NCBI GenBank assembly: GCA_041178085.1
Contig: JBEGVZ010000053.1
Location: 1-33,106 of the forward strand
Length of the DNA stretch: 33,106 nt
Direction: 5' to 3'
Source: Pseudomonadota bacterium
Lineage (GTDB): Bacteria > Bdellovibrionota_B > Oligoflexia > Oligoflexales > RGVZ01
Position 1 is the stretch's first letter. Each line of letters begins with the position of its first letter. This document shows, in pieces, positions 1-8,136 of this stretch. Position numbers and translations under genes: made by a program. Under the pieces are notes generated by a model that was not told the origin of the DNA, ran no database searches, and saw only the letters and a program-made list of their open reading frames with translations.

Positions 1-885
1 GATTCGGATGCTTTGTTTCCCATCTCCGGGACGTCGATGCGTTTTACGCGCAAGAGCAGTGCGCAGGTCGATCACCATCTGGAGTACTTGAATGATTTCC
101 TGGAGGAGACCTACCGCAAACCAGGGCTGCAAACCCGGCGACTCAGGTTTAAGTGGCGGGAGATTCCTCAGTCAAACCTGGTGGCAGTGATCCCGGGAGA
201 ACTGAACGGTCGCGATCCCAATCCGGTCATGATTTTGGATCACACGGATACGGCATTCGCTCACGACGTCTTCGATGCTACTGGTCAACGCGTAACGGTG
301 CCTGGGGCAAACGACAATGCGACGGCCGTTGCCGCGCTCATGTTGGCCGCGCAGCAGCTCCGCGGCCTCAAACTCAAGCACGACATCTGGCTGGTTCATT
401 TGACGGGTGAGGAGTTTCCTTCGGACGACCTTGGGGCTCGCCATTTTGTCCGCTACCTTGATGAAGAACGGATCAATCCTTCGGCGATGATCCTGCTCGA
501 CATGATCGGCTATTCGAAGACTTCGGCGACGGAATTCCAGGTCAATCCGGGGGATTCACCCGGTGCGATCGCCGTTGCACAAGTTGCCCTGGGCGCGGCG
601 CAGGATGTTGTTCCGGATATGCGCCCCCTTTACCGGCCCTATGCGACACCTGAGAGCTACTTGTACAACACAGACGGGATCATTTTTGCTGATCACGGTC
701 TGCCTGTCATATTGATTAACGAAGTGGTCAACCGGACCAATTATGACCTGCGGGCAGACGACTACCACCAGATGGCGGACAACATGGACAACGTCGATTT
801 TGACTACGCCGTGAAATTGACCAAAGTCGCCATCGAGACTGCTGCGCGCATGGCAGCGCCGACCAAGTCTTTGGTCCGACCCTGA
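1..885 (+). CDS. M28 family zinc metallopeptidase (5'-truncated by window edge)
   Basis: Frame is open from base 1. Metal-ligand motifs DHTDT, PGANDNAT, LTGEEFP, LLDMIG and DYHQMAD are present. Confidence 0.85.
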   Translation, partial: DSDALFPISGTSMRFTRKSSAQVDHHLEYLNDFLEETYRKPGLQTRRLRFKWREIPQSNLVAVIPGELNGRDPNPVMILDHTDTAFAHDVFDATGQRVTVPGANDNATAVAALMLAAQQLRGLKLKHDIWLVHLTGEEFPSDDLGARHFVRYLDEERINPSAMILLDMIGYSKTSATEFQVNPGDSPGAIAVAQVALGAAQDVVPDMRPLYRPYATPESYLYNTDGIIFADHGLPVILINEVVNRTNYDLRADDYHQMADNMDNVDFDYAVKLTKVAIETAARMAAPTKSLVRP

Positions 886-925
886 ATAGTTGTTATTGGT
901 TGTGTGAATCTCCGGACGATTCGCC

Positions 926-1633
926 TTAGCGTCCCGCGCAGTGGCCAAGAAAAGTCCGGACCAAGGTCCAACCATCTTTCGTCAGATGGCTTTCCTCAGG
1001 AAGCAAGCTTTCTGGATCCTCATAACCAGTGATCCCTTGATTCGAAATGAAGATGCTAGTGGCTTCAGGGTGGGTTTGAAGGGACCAGACCGGTAGTGTG
1101 TCGTGCTCGAGGCCATCGATGGCCACTTCGGGGCTGGATGCCATGATGTGAAAGCCTGCCGGGGTCGTAGTCACGGCTTCCCGGTGAGATCTGAGCAGGC
1201 TACGCAGGCCGGCAGAAAACAAACGCGATTTTTTTATTGCGACCTGGTGGAAGCCTTTTAGTTTCTCCTGGTCCTCCCGCACGAAGTCCACTTTGCCACC
1301 ATGCATGTCGGCAATCATCTGGTGACCGAAACAAAACCCGAATACCGGGATTCCGGCCGCCATATGGGGGCGGAGCCAGTCGACCAGCCCTGCTTGCCAG
1401 GGAAAACGATCGTGAACGCTGGTGGCGCTTCCCAAAATGACGATCCCTGCAATTTGGGCATGGCCAGCCTGATGGTTTGCAGTTGCCCGGTGCAAGGTTC
1501 CCAGGCCGCAGATCCCCGGCAGGTGGTATGACGCCTGCAAGGGGCTAAGTCGCGCGATATGGTTGAAGCAATCGGTTTCCGGTGTGTGCGCCGCCGGATC
1601 CACAATCAGGATTTCCCGGCGGCATTCCGGCAT
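926..1633 (-). CDS. Class I glutamine amidotransferase-like protein (GMP-synthase-like / gamma-glutamyl hydrolase-like)
   Basis: Nucleophile elbow GFCFGHQ, SHRE and QTHPE (His-Pro-Glu triad). ATG at 1633 chosen because it lies 5 nt after the stop of the upstream small gene. Confidence 0.85.
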   Translation of the reverse strand: MPECRREILIVDPAAHTPETDCFNHIARLSPLQASYHLPGICGLGTLHRATANHQAGHAQIAGIVILGSATSVHDRFPWQAGLVDWLRPHMAAGIPVFGFCFGHQMIADMHGGKVDFVREDQEKLKGFHQVAIKKSRLFSAGLRSLLRSHREAVTTTPAGFHIMASSPEVAIDGLEHDTLPVWSLQTHPEATSIFISNQGITGYEDPESLLPEESHLTKDGWTLVRTFLGHCAGR

Positions 1634-1638
1634 GGAAT

Positions 1639-1938
1639 TCACGTCAGTTTCACTTCTGTCGCATCGATCGGTTTTGTTGGCTGACCTGTCCGCGTGTTGC
1701 GGAACGGATCTTCGAAATCGCACTGGCGGGCCAGGCGGTTTGACAGGGCGGTCGATTTGGTCAGGTTTTCCTCGCGAGCCAATACCGCGTAAGGATGGTT
1801 TTCCTCGGAAAAAACAACAACGTTACAGTAGCTGCAGCGGACTTCCGTGCGGGCAACCGGGTTGGTTTCGTCGTCAAAAGTGATGTGGAAGCGCCGGGAA
1901 CATGTCGGATTGTCGACCATGATTTTTTTGTATGCCAT
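1639..1938 (-). CDS. Small hypothetical protein, possible zinc-ribbon (NPTC...CSYC)
   Basis: About 99 aa with a GAGG RBS upstream of ATG-ATG, a CxxC pair, and tight coupling to the GATase gene. Confidence 0.65.
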   Translation of the reverse strand: MAYKKIMVDNPTCSRRFHITFDDETNPVARTEVRCSYCNVVVFSEENHPYAVLAREENLTKSTALSNRLARQCDFEDPFRNTRTGQPTKPIDATEVKLT

Positions 1939-1982
1939 CATCTGCCTCATGAGCTTGATGCAACCTGAACCGGGACAGTAAC

Positions 1983-2468
1983 ATGCGGGTAAATCATTGT
2001 CGATGGGGGCGTTCAGGTCCCCTGATCCTGTTGCAGACCGCCGCTTTGCTGTTTGTGGCATGCGTTTCTTCCCGCTCCAAATCCGGCCTTTCCGCCGAGA
2101 AATTGACCCCCGTTTTTGTCTACGGCACGCTCAAAGAAGGGGGGCGCCTGCACCACTATCTGGACAATTCAGAGAAGATTTTTGCCGGCTGGTCCCGGCC
2201 CGGATATGACATGTACGACCTGGGTAGCTACCCCGGAATCGTCGCAGCCCCGGCCAGCGGGCGCAGGGTTTACGGTGAAGTCTATCTGGTCGATGGAACC
2301 ACCTTGAGGTTGCTTGACCGGATTGAGGATGCCCCACGTCTGTACCAGCGCCGAGCGATCGCCATTGATTCGGGGGAGCCACTGCTCTCGGGTGTCCAGG
2401 CATATTATTACGTTCAGGATGTCAGCCGTGCCCGGCTAATCGAATCCGGTTTTTATCCGGTTCGATGA
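1983..2468 (+). CDS. Gamma-glutamylcyclotransferase (GGCT/AIG2/YtfP-like), possible lipoprotein
   Basis: VFVYGTLK, YPG, VYGEVY, LDRIE and Y.R motifs. Hydrophobic N-terminal stretch ends in FVAC. Confidence 0.85.
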   Translation: MRVNHCRWGRSGPLILLQTAALLFVACVSSRSKSGLSAEKLTPVFVYGTLKEGGRLHHYLDNSEKIFAGWSRPGYDMYDLGSYPGIVAAPASGRRVYGEVYLVDGTTLRLLDRIEDAPRLYQRRAIAIDSGEPLLSGVQAYYYVQDVSRARLIESGFYPVR

Positions 2469-2683
2469 GCCTTTAAGTGTTTCGCTTGGGCCCTTTCGCT
2501 GAAGGCGGTCAAGTTATTGGCGGTTCTGAAAATCGAAGTCAGATAGTCAGATCGCAGAGAGTTTGAGCCCGGCATCGATAACGGCATCTAGCTTGCATCC
2601 TTTCTTCAAGTTGTCTCTGGGTTCGCCCTGCCGCATGTCCGGCTTGTCGCTTTTCACAAACCAGAGGTTTTCAGGAGAAGAAG

Positions 2684-3271
2684 ATGATCAAATTTGCCGC
2701 TAAAATCGCCGCTGTGCTTGTTTTGCTTCACACGGCTGGCTTTGCCTTTGCCGAAGACGGCTGCGTGATCAAAAGCACGAGGGATGATGGCTGCCAAACT
2801 GGGCGCAGACTCTACAGCGCCCTTGATGCGCAATTGAATGTATGCGATGAGTCCGGTAACGATGCCATGCAAATCTCTGGCTTGTATTGCAGGAGCCCGC
2901 ACTCCTGCTTCAAAGATTTCCGGAGCGTTTACAAAGATGGCGACGCGGTCTTCGCCTGGTACAACTGCTTCCTCGGGGCGGCGCCCATTCCGGATTCCCA
3001 GCAAGTTCCAGACGATGGTCAATCCACTCAATCCGGTTGCGTAATAAAAGACACCAGGGATGAGAATTGTGCATCAGGCAGGAGGCTATACAGCAAACTG
3101 GATCCTCACCTGAGTGACTGTGCGGAAATTGGAAACGACAACGAAGAGATTCCCGGTGCCTACTGCAAGAGTAACTTCCGGTGTTATAAAGACTTTCACA
3201 GTGCTTATCAGGACTCCGGCAACATCTACGCCTGGTACAATTGCTTCCCCGGTGCGGTGATTATCTACTGA
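2684..3271 (+). CDS. Secreted protein with two tandem 6-Cys domains
   Basis: AGGAG RBS, signal peptide ending AFA, and an internal 74-aa duplication. Confidence 0.8.
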   Translation: MIKFAAKIAAVLVLLHTAGFAFAEDGCVIKSTRDDGCQTGRRLYSALDAQLNVCDESGNDAMQISGLYCRSPHSCFKDFRSVYKDGDAVFAWYNCFLGAAPIPDSQQVPDDGQSTQSGCVIKDTRDENCASGRRLYSKLDPHLSDCAEIGNDNEEIPGAYCKSNFRCYKDFHSAYQDSGNIYAWYNCFPGAVIIY

Positions 3272-3297
3272 AGTTGTAAATGGAGACGTCCATAACT

Positions 3298-4449
3298 TCA
3301 CACAGAGAAGGAAACATCGAGCGCCGCATGGATGACCAGCGCAAAGTCGGAGCCGATGGAGCTTTTGAAGGTACAAGGCAATGCGCTCCAAGGCAGGAAA
3401 GCAGAGCGCCCCACCGCCACGCGCACATTGCCGCAGTCAAGACTCCCCGAGAACACGGTCAAACACGCATAGCCCTGCCCGCGCTGCGGAGAGACGCGGC
3501 AGGTGGATTCCGCCAGCATGGTGATGCGATGGACCTGGTAGTCTGGATTAGCCGGCCACGTGGCAACACTGACACCTGAAGCCGGGTGAGATCGCACAGG
3601 CCTGCGTATCACCGATTCCGCAAATGCCGTCCCGTGCTGCAAGGATGGATCGAAACAACGTAACGCCTGATCCAGATGCAGTTCCCTTGGTTTCCCGGCC
3701 AGCGGATCCTCGTGCCCCCTGGCATCGTAGCGACGGTTCCAGTCCCACAAGCGGTAAGTTTTGCCGCTTTTTCCGTGCAGGATTCGCTGGGGCTCCAGAA
3801 GTGTGATGCCTGGGCCGATTGCGTGCACGATTCCGGCGCCAAGCTCGAAATAGTCGTTCTCCCGGACCGGGACAAAGAGCAAGTCGTCTTTGCTGATTCG
3901 CCCCCCGGCAAGGGCATCCCTGAGCGAATCCCGGCTCCAAGGTTTTTTGAAACCGATGTAGATGCCTGCATCTGGGCTGGCGTTCAGCACCAGCCAGGAC
4001 TCCGGCTTACCGCATTCGTTTGGCTTCAAGTTCGGGTCGTGATCGTCCGGATGAACCTGCAAAGACAGGGGGCTCGCTGCATTGACGAGTTTGACGAGGA
4101 TGGAACAGGTTGGCTTGCTGCCTTCGCTGATGGCTTGTCCAGTCAGTTCAGGGGAGATCATTGCATGCGGATTTTTGTCGATCAGGTCCTGAAGGGTCTG
4201 ATTTTCCCCTGAAACCCCGGAAGCGGACTCTGCAATCACCCGCGACGGGAATTCCGGGTCGCAAGAAACCTCCCACGATTCGCCGATGTGTGTTTCCGGT
4301 GAGTAGCTTGCCTTGTAACGGGTGTGTATTTGTGTGCCTGCCCACGGTGTTCTGGTGCGTGGCGTAAAATTATCCGGTGCCAGCAGGAGGGGCCCGGCCG
4401 GGTCTCCGCCCACGCTGGCGGCCTTGCGCTGTTCAGGGGACAGCGTCAT
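3298..4449 (-). CDS. Class I mannose-6-phosphate isomerase (cupin)
   Basis: GESWEVS, LVKLVNAASPLSLQVHPDD, KPESW, VHAIG, TYRLWDWNR and RELHL motifs. ATG at 4449 lies 1 nt after the HIT stop. Confidence 0.88.
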   Translation of the reverse strand: MTLSPEQRKAASVGGDPAGPLLLAPDNFTPRTRTPWAGTQIHTRYKASYSPETHIGESWEVSCDPEFPSRVIAESASGVSGENQTLQDLIDKNPHAMISPELTGQAISEGSKPTCSILVKLVNAASPLSLQVHPDDHDPNLKPNECGKPESWLVLNASPDAGIYIGFKKPWSRDSLRDALAGGRISKDDLLFVPVRENDYFELGAGIVHAIGPGITLLEPQRILHGKSGKTYRLWDWNRRYDARGHEDPLAGKPRELHLDQALRCFDPSLQHGTAFAESVIRRPVRSHPASGVSVATWPANPDYQVHRITMLAESTCRVSPQRGQGYACLTVFSGSLDCGNVRVAVGRSAFLPWSALPCTFKSSIGSDFALVIHAALDVSFSV

Positions 4450-4450
4450 G

Positions 4451-4792
4451 TCACCTTCCAAAACCAGAAAGCGCCTCGCCCCCAAGGATGTGGGCGTGGA
4501 CATAAAAAACCGTCTGGCCAGCATCCTTGCCGGTATTGAAGACGACCCTGTAGCCGCCTTCGTGAAGCCCCAGGTGGCTGGCCACCCGCGTGATTGCGGC
4601 CATGAATTCGCCGACATGCTCGGGTTTCATCCGGGCCATGTCGTGCAGGCTTTCTGCGCGTCGCTTGGGGATGACCAAAACGTGGACTCTGGCCTGGGGG
4701 TGGATGTCCTTGAAGGCCAGGACGTGCTCGTCCTCAAACACAATGGCGGCCGGGATTTCGCGGGCGAGTATCTTGTCGAAAATGGTGCCCAT
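4451..4792 (-). CDS. hinT: Histidine triad nucleotide-binding protein (HinT/HINT family)
   Basis: TIFDKI..EIPA, AFKDIHPQA..HVLVIPK, GYRVVFN.G..AGQTVFYVHAHILGG. Confidence 0.9.
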   Translation of the reverse strand: MGTIFDKILAREIPAAIVFEDEHVLAFKDIHPQARVHVLVIPKRRAESLHDMARMKPEHVGEFMAAITRVASHLGLHEGGYRVVFNTGKDAGQTVFYVHAHILGGEALSGFGR

Positions 4793-4846
4793 GGGTCTTC
4801 CTTGGTATCATGTCAGGGTTGAATCATAGCAGTCCGGGAGGGCGTG

Positions 4847-5857
4847 ATGAACCGGATCGTAGGGTTGAGGGCAGGTTTTATTGCTTTAGGGCTCCTTTTG
4901 GGCGCCACCCCCGGCTGCCGGAATCGCTCGCAGGGCGGCGCTGGAGTCAAGGCTTACGAAGAAAACGGAGTCGTTTGGGGCTACGGGGACTTCAGGCTGT
5001 CGAGCCCCCCCGCTGCAGCCGGAATTTTCCTGGACCGTTTGCCCCAGCGCGGTCCAAACGGCCAGATGTTCAAACTGGTCGGTGCCGACACTGGCACGGG
5101 AGCCATCCAAGATCTTTTCTACGTTGATTGGCACCCCTCCTCGGAGGCTGCATTCACCAACACGCCCGTCGTCTTTGTGTCCCAGTTTTTCCTTCAGGAG
5201 CGCGCAGGCAACCGTGGTTTGATGGATGTGTATGTCAAATTAAAGAAAACAGGTCGTTCGTGGCCCGGATCATTTACCCTGTCCGTGGGCACCGCAGACA
5301 TCCGCGATCCCAACTCCGCCCGCTACCCTGTGAGTCTGGCCCAGGGCGCAAAGCTGGCGACCATCGATGGCTGCGCGCAGTGCAACGGACTCGCCTTCAT
5401 GTACGCGGAGATACCTTATTCGGCGCCCATCGAGATCCCGACGGAGCGCCTTACCAGCGAAGGATTTGGCACCGCCCGCCAGGGCAGCGATCAGGTCTTG
5501 ACCCTGGCCGGGGAAGCTCAGGGAAAGCTGGTTTTCATCGCAAGGACGATGCAGGCCCAGCCGGCGGATCACGCAAGGCTGTGCCACGAAAGTTTTACCG
5601 CCGTGGCCAGGACGGCTGCCAACCGGGTCAACCCTGCCTGCAAATTGACCCTTGCTCCGGCAAACGGTGTGCTCGGACTTTTGACTTGCGCTGTCCTTGT
5701 GAAGTTTGAAAGTCCAGCCTCCGCGGCGGAAAAAACCTGTCGCGTGATTGGCGCTTTTTCCGGGACGGGTGACTCCAGCGACCAGCTTTCCGCAGTAATC
5801 GTGAACACACCGGCCGCCAGTCCAGGTGCTGACCTGGGGGTGGGGCGTCGTGACTGA
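4847..5857 (+). CDS. Hypothetical lipoprotein
   Basis: GGAGG RBS, hydrophobic signal ending TPG-C, ORF of about 336 aa with several Cys and no recognised domain. Confidence 0.7.
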   Translation: MNRIVGLRAGFIALGLLLGATPGCRNRSQGGAGVKAYEENGVVWGYGDFRLSSPPAAAGIFLDRLPQRGPNGQMFKLVGADTGTGAIQDLFYVDWHPSSEAAFTNTPVVFVSQFFLQERAGNRGLMDVYVKLKKTGRSWPGSFTLSVGTADIRDPNSARYPVSLAQGAKLATIDGCAQCNGLAFMYAEIPYSAPIEIPTERLTSEGFGTARQGSDQVLTLAGEAQGKLVFIARTMQAQPADHARLCHESFTAVARTAANRVNPACKLTLAPANGVLGLLTCAVLVKFESPASAAEKTCRVIGAFSGTGDSSDQLSAVIVNTPAASPGADLGVGRRD

Positions 5858-6374
5858 AGTAAAGCCACCGTCAGGTAAGGCAGCATCCATTCGCCCCCCG
5901 CGACGTTTTCAGGGGCTTGCACTGGTGGTCGCTACGTTGCGGGAACTCGACCCTGCGACGCGCCGCGACTTGATGGAGGAGCTTGGCGCGCGAGTGCCAG
6001 AGATTGCACGTCTGGTTGACCACTGTGAATTCATCTTTGCGGACTTTCGTCGCCTGGATGATGCCAGCCTTTTTGATGTGTTCAATCGATTTGGGGATCG
6101 CGAATGGGCGGTGGCCTGGAAGCTGGCAGATGATGCCCTCAAGGCGCAGGTGTTGCGCCTGTTGCGTGACGAGCGCCGCAAGGAGTTCCTTGACTTTGCC
6201 GCGGCCCAGCCGAAAATGCCCCGGATACAGGTGCTTGCCGTCCAGCTGAACATGGCTCGCAAGGCAAGGGACCTGCTGCGCATTGGCAAATTGAGGATGT
6301 TAAACCGGCAGACAGTAGTGCGGGCGGATGCCCGGGCCAGACGTCAGAGCCCAAAGACAAGGAGACCGGGGTGA
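5850..6374 (+). CDS. FliG C-terminal domain-like protein (orphan)
   Basis: PEIARLVDHCEFIFADFRRLDDASL...WAVAWKLADDALKAQVL...QLNMARKARDLLRIGKL parallels FliG-C. Start codon uncertain (GTG 5850). Confidence 0.65.
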   Translation: MTEVKPPSGKAASIRPPRRFQGLALVVATLRELDPATRRDLMEELGARVPEIARLVDHCEFIFADFRRLDDASLFDVFNRFGDREWAVAWKLADDALKAQVLRLLRDERRKEFLDFAAAQPKMPRIQVLAVQLNMARKARDLLRIGKLRMLNRQTVVRADARARRQSPKTRRPG

Positions 6375-6580
6375 TGGTGCCATTTCGAGTGTTTGATCGT
6401 GACAAAAAAGAAATGTGGATCGTTTTGAACTACCAGTCCGGCGGGACGCAGGGGAGTTATCTTCTTTCCCGCGAGGATGATGGTGACAGCGATGGTGAAT
6501 TGCGCATCATCAAGGCCGAGGACATGCTGAAGTTCCGGCTGGTGGATTTCCTGGAAGAGGCGGATGAGTATCAGGGGTGA
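6374..6580 (+). CDS. Small acidic hypothetical protein
   Basis: 68 aa, GGAG RBS, TGATG overlap with the upstream stop, followed by a terminator. Confidence 0.7.
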   Translation: MVPFRVFDRDKKEMWIVLNYQSGGTQGSYLLSREDDGDSDGELRIIKAEDMLKFRLVDFLEEADEYQG

Positions 6581-6595
6581 GGCAAACCTGGTAAG

Positions 6596-6631
6596 AAAAA
6601 AACCCGCAAGCTTTTCGCCTGCGGGTTTTTT
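6596..6631. terminator. Bidirectional intrinsic terminator
   Basis: AAAAAAACCCGCA-agcttttcgcc-TGCGGGTTTTTT: a GC stem flanked by A and T tracts, between convergent genes. Confidence 0.85.
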
Positions 6632-6650
6632 CTCTCGCTGGGAGCAAGGA

Positions 6651-6923
6651 TTAGCGGACAGAGTCCTTGAGTTCCTTGCCAGGGCGGAAAACCGGAACCT
6701 TGCGAGCCGGGATCTGAATTTCTTCGCCGGTTTGCGGGTTGCGGCCAACGCGAGCCTTGCGTGCAGAAACTGCGAAGGTGCCGAAGCCAACCAGCTTCAC
6801 GCCATCCTTCTTTTTGATGTTCTTGGACACAACGTCAACGAAGGCATCGAGAAGGCGCTCGGTGTCTGCTTTGGTTGCGCTGGTCATTTTCGAGATTTGT
6901 TCGATCAGATCTGCCTTGTTCAT
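6651..6923 (-). CDS. hup: HU nucleoid-associated DNA-binding protein
   Basis: MNKADLI...VKLVGFGTF...RKARVGRNPQTGEEIQIPARKVPVFRPGKELK. Confidence 0.97.
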   Translation of the reverse strand: MNKADLIEQISKMTSATKADTERLLDAFVDVVSKNIKKKDGVKLVGFGTFAVSARKARVGRNPQTGEEIQIPARKVPVFRPGKELKDSVR

Positions 6924-6986
6924 GGACCCCTCCAGGAAGCTTGTACAAATAAATTGTGAAACATCAGCTCACAGTTTGTTGGGGAA

Positions 6987-7015
6987 AGACTTGCAGGGGG
7001 CCAGCATCTTGTCAA
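6987..7015 (-). promoter_or_regulatory. Candidate sigma70 promoter for hup
   Basis: Perfect TTGACA (7015-7010), 17-nt spacer ending TGc, weak -10 AAGTCT. Confidence 0.35.
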
Positions 7016-7057
7016 GGATTTGTGGCGTTCGCTGCTGGTTTGGTGAAAGGAATTCTG

Positions 7058-7636
7058 ATGCGAAAACTAAATGCCGTTTGGTTGTTCTTGACATTTTTTT
7101 ACAGCGGAGCATGCCTCGCGGCAGTTGCTGACCGCATCGTGGTGTCTGTGGATGGCTCGCCATACAGCCAGCGATACGTGATGTCGTACTTTGTTGTCCG
7201 TGAGTTGATGCAGGAAGGAAATCCAGCCGCCCAACCCGGGCGTCAGCCCTTCCTGGACGAGCTTGCCGCCAATTGGAAGGCCAGCCTTGCGAAATTCTCA
7301 GGTGACATGGTGGTCCGCCAGGAATCGTCCAGGCTTGGCAGCTTCCTGACAACGCCGAAGCTTCAGGTGAAGGGCCTGGAACGGGTAAATGCCCGGCGCC
7401 AGGTGGACAAGGAACTTGCCGGGGCGCTGGCGCGCCTGCGCATTTCTGATGAAGAAATGGCGCAGTTTGTTTCCGCAGTTCTTCAAGTGGAGGGATTTCG
7501 CAAGAACCGTGAGCGTCAGATTGCTCCCGCTGGAGGAGCAGGTTGGTTTGACGCTTTGATGTCGCGCGCCATCATTAGATACTTTGATGGCGGTGACGTT
7601 TGGCAACCCATTGAATTTCCTGCAACGGGCCTGTGA
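7058..7636 (+). CDS. Secreted protein, SurA N-terminal domain-like
   Basis: AAAGGA RBS, signal peptide, DRIVVSVDG..YS typical of SurA-N. No PPIase domain visible. Confidence 0.6.
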   Translation: MRKLNAVWLFLTFFYSGACLAAVADRIVVSVDGSPYSQRYVMSYFVVRELMQEGNPAAQPGRQPFLDELAANWKASLAKFSGDMVVRQESSRLGSFLTTPKLQVKGLERVNARRQVDKELAGALARLRISDEEMAQFVSAVLQVEGFRKNRERQIAPAGGAGWFDALMSRAIIRYFDGGDVWQPIEFPATGL

Positions 7637-8136
7637 TGAGTGACAACCGGCTGGAGTTTGAGGTTTACCGCAAGACCCCTGAGCAGGTGGGGGCATTGCG
7701 GGAGCTTGCCTCCCAATGGGTCAGGGAGCCCGGTGGGTTTTGGGGGTTTGACCAGGTCATCGAAGCCCTGCAACGCCCGGCCGTCAGGTTATTTTTTCTG
7801 GCCAGTCCCGGGGAAAATCGCTGGCAAGCGGCAGCAATGGTGGACGTCGGGCCATATTCCGCAGATCTCTTGTACATATTTGTGCGACCCGAGGCTCGCA
7901 GGGGTGGCATTGGGCGCCTTTTGATGGGGCAATTGCTGGATTGGCTGGCCAATAATCCCGGGGACATGGCATCGGGAAGTACCCCCAAAGAGGAGTTGTT
8001 GCTGGAAGTGCGTGTTTCGAACCTCCCGGCAATCGCTCTTTACGAATCTTTTGGCATGAAGCGCGTTTCTGTGCGTAAACGCTATTATGCAAACGGAGAA
8101 GACGCCCTTGTCTTCAAACATCGAATCAAGCCCTGA
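7636..8136 (+). CDS. GNAT acetyltransferase, RimI-like
   Basis: VRPEARRGGIGRLL acetyl-CoA loop and LEVRVSN..AIALYESFG....RKRYY.NGEDA. Confidence 0.85.
   Translation: MSDNRLEFEVYRKTPEQVGALRELASQWVREPGGFWGFDQVIEALQRPAVRLFFLASPGENRWQAAAMVDVGPYSADLLYIFVRPEARRGGIGRLLMGQLLDWLANNPGDMASGSTPKEELLLEVRVSNLPAIALYESFGMKRVSVRKRYYANGEDALVFKHRIKP

Noticed and set aside
300..320. GANDN instead of GADDN in the M28 peptidase as a sign of inactivation
   Set aside because: NDN occurs in active M28 enzymes and the metal-bridging Asp is retained.
2469..2683. ncRNA or terminator in the GGCT-downstream intergenic region
   Set aside because: Only imperfect stems, no U-tract, and no recognisable RNA family.
4450..4617. 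N-terminal extensions of PMI, and similarly of grxD, the ABC binding protein and the metzincin
   Set aside because: They overlap neighbouring genes or promoters. The downstream ATGs fit family length, RBS position or gene spacing better.
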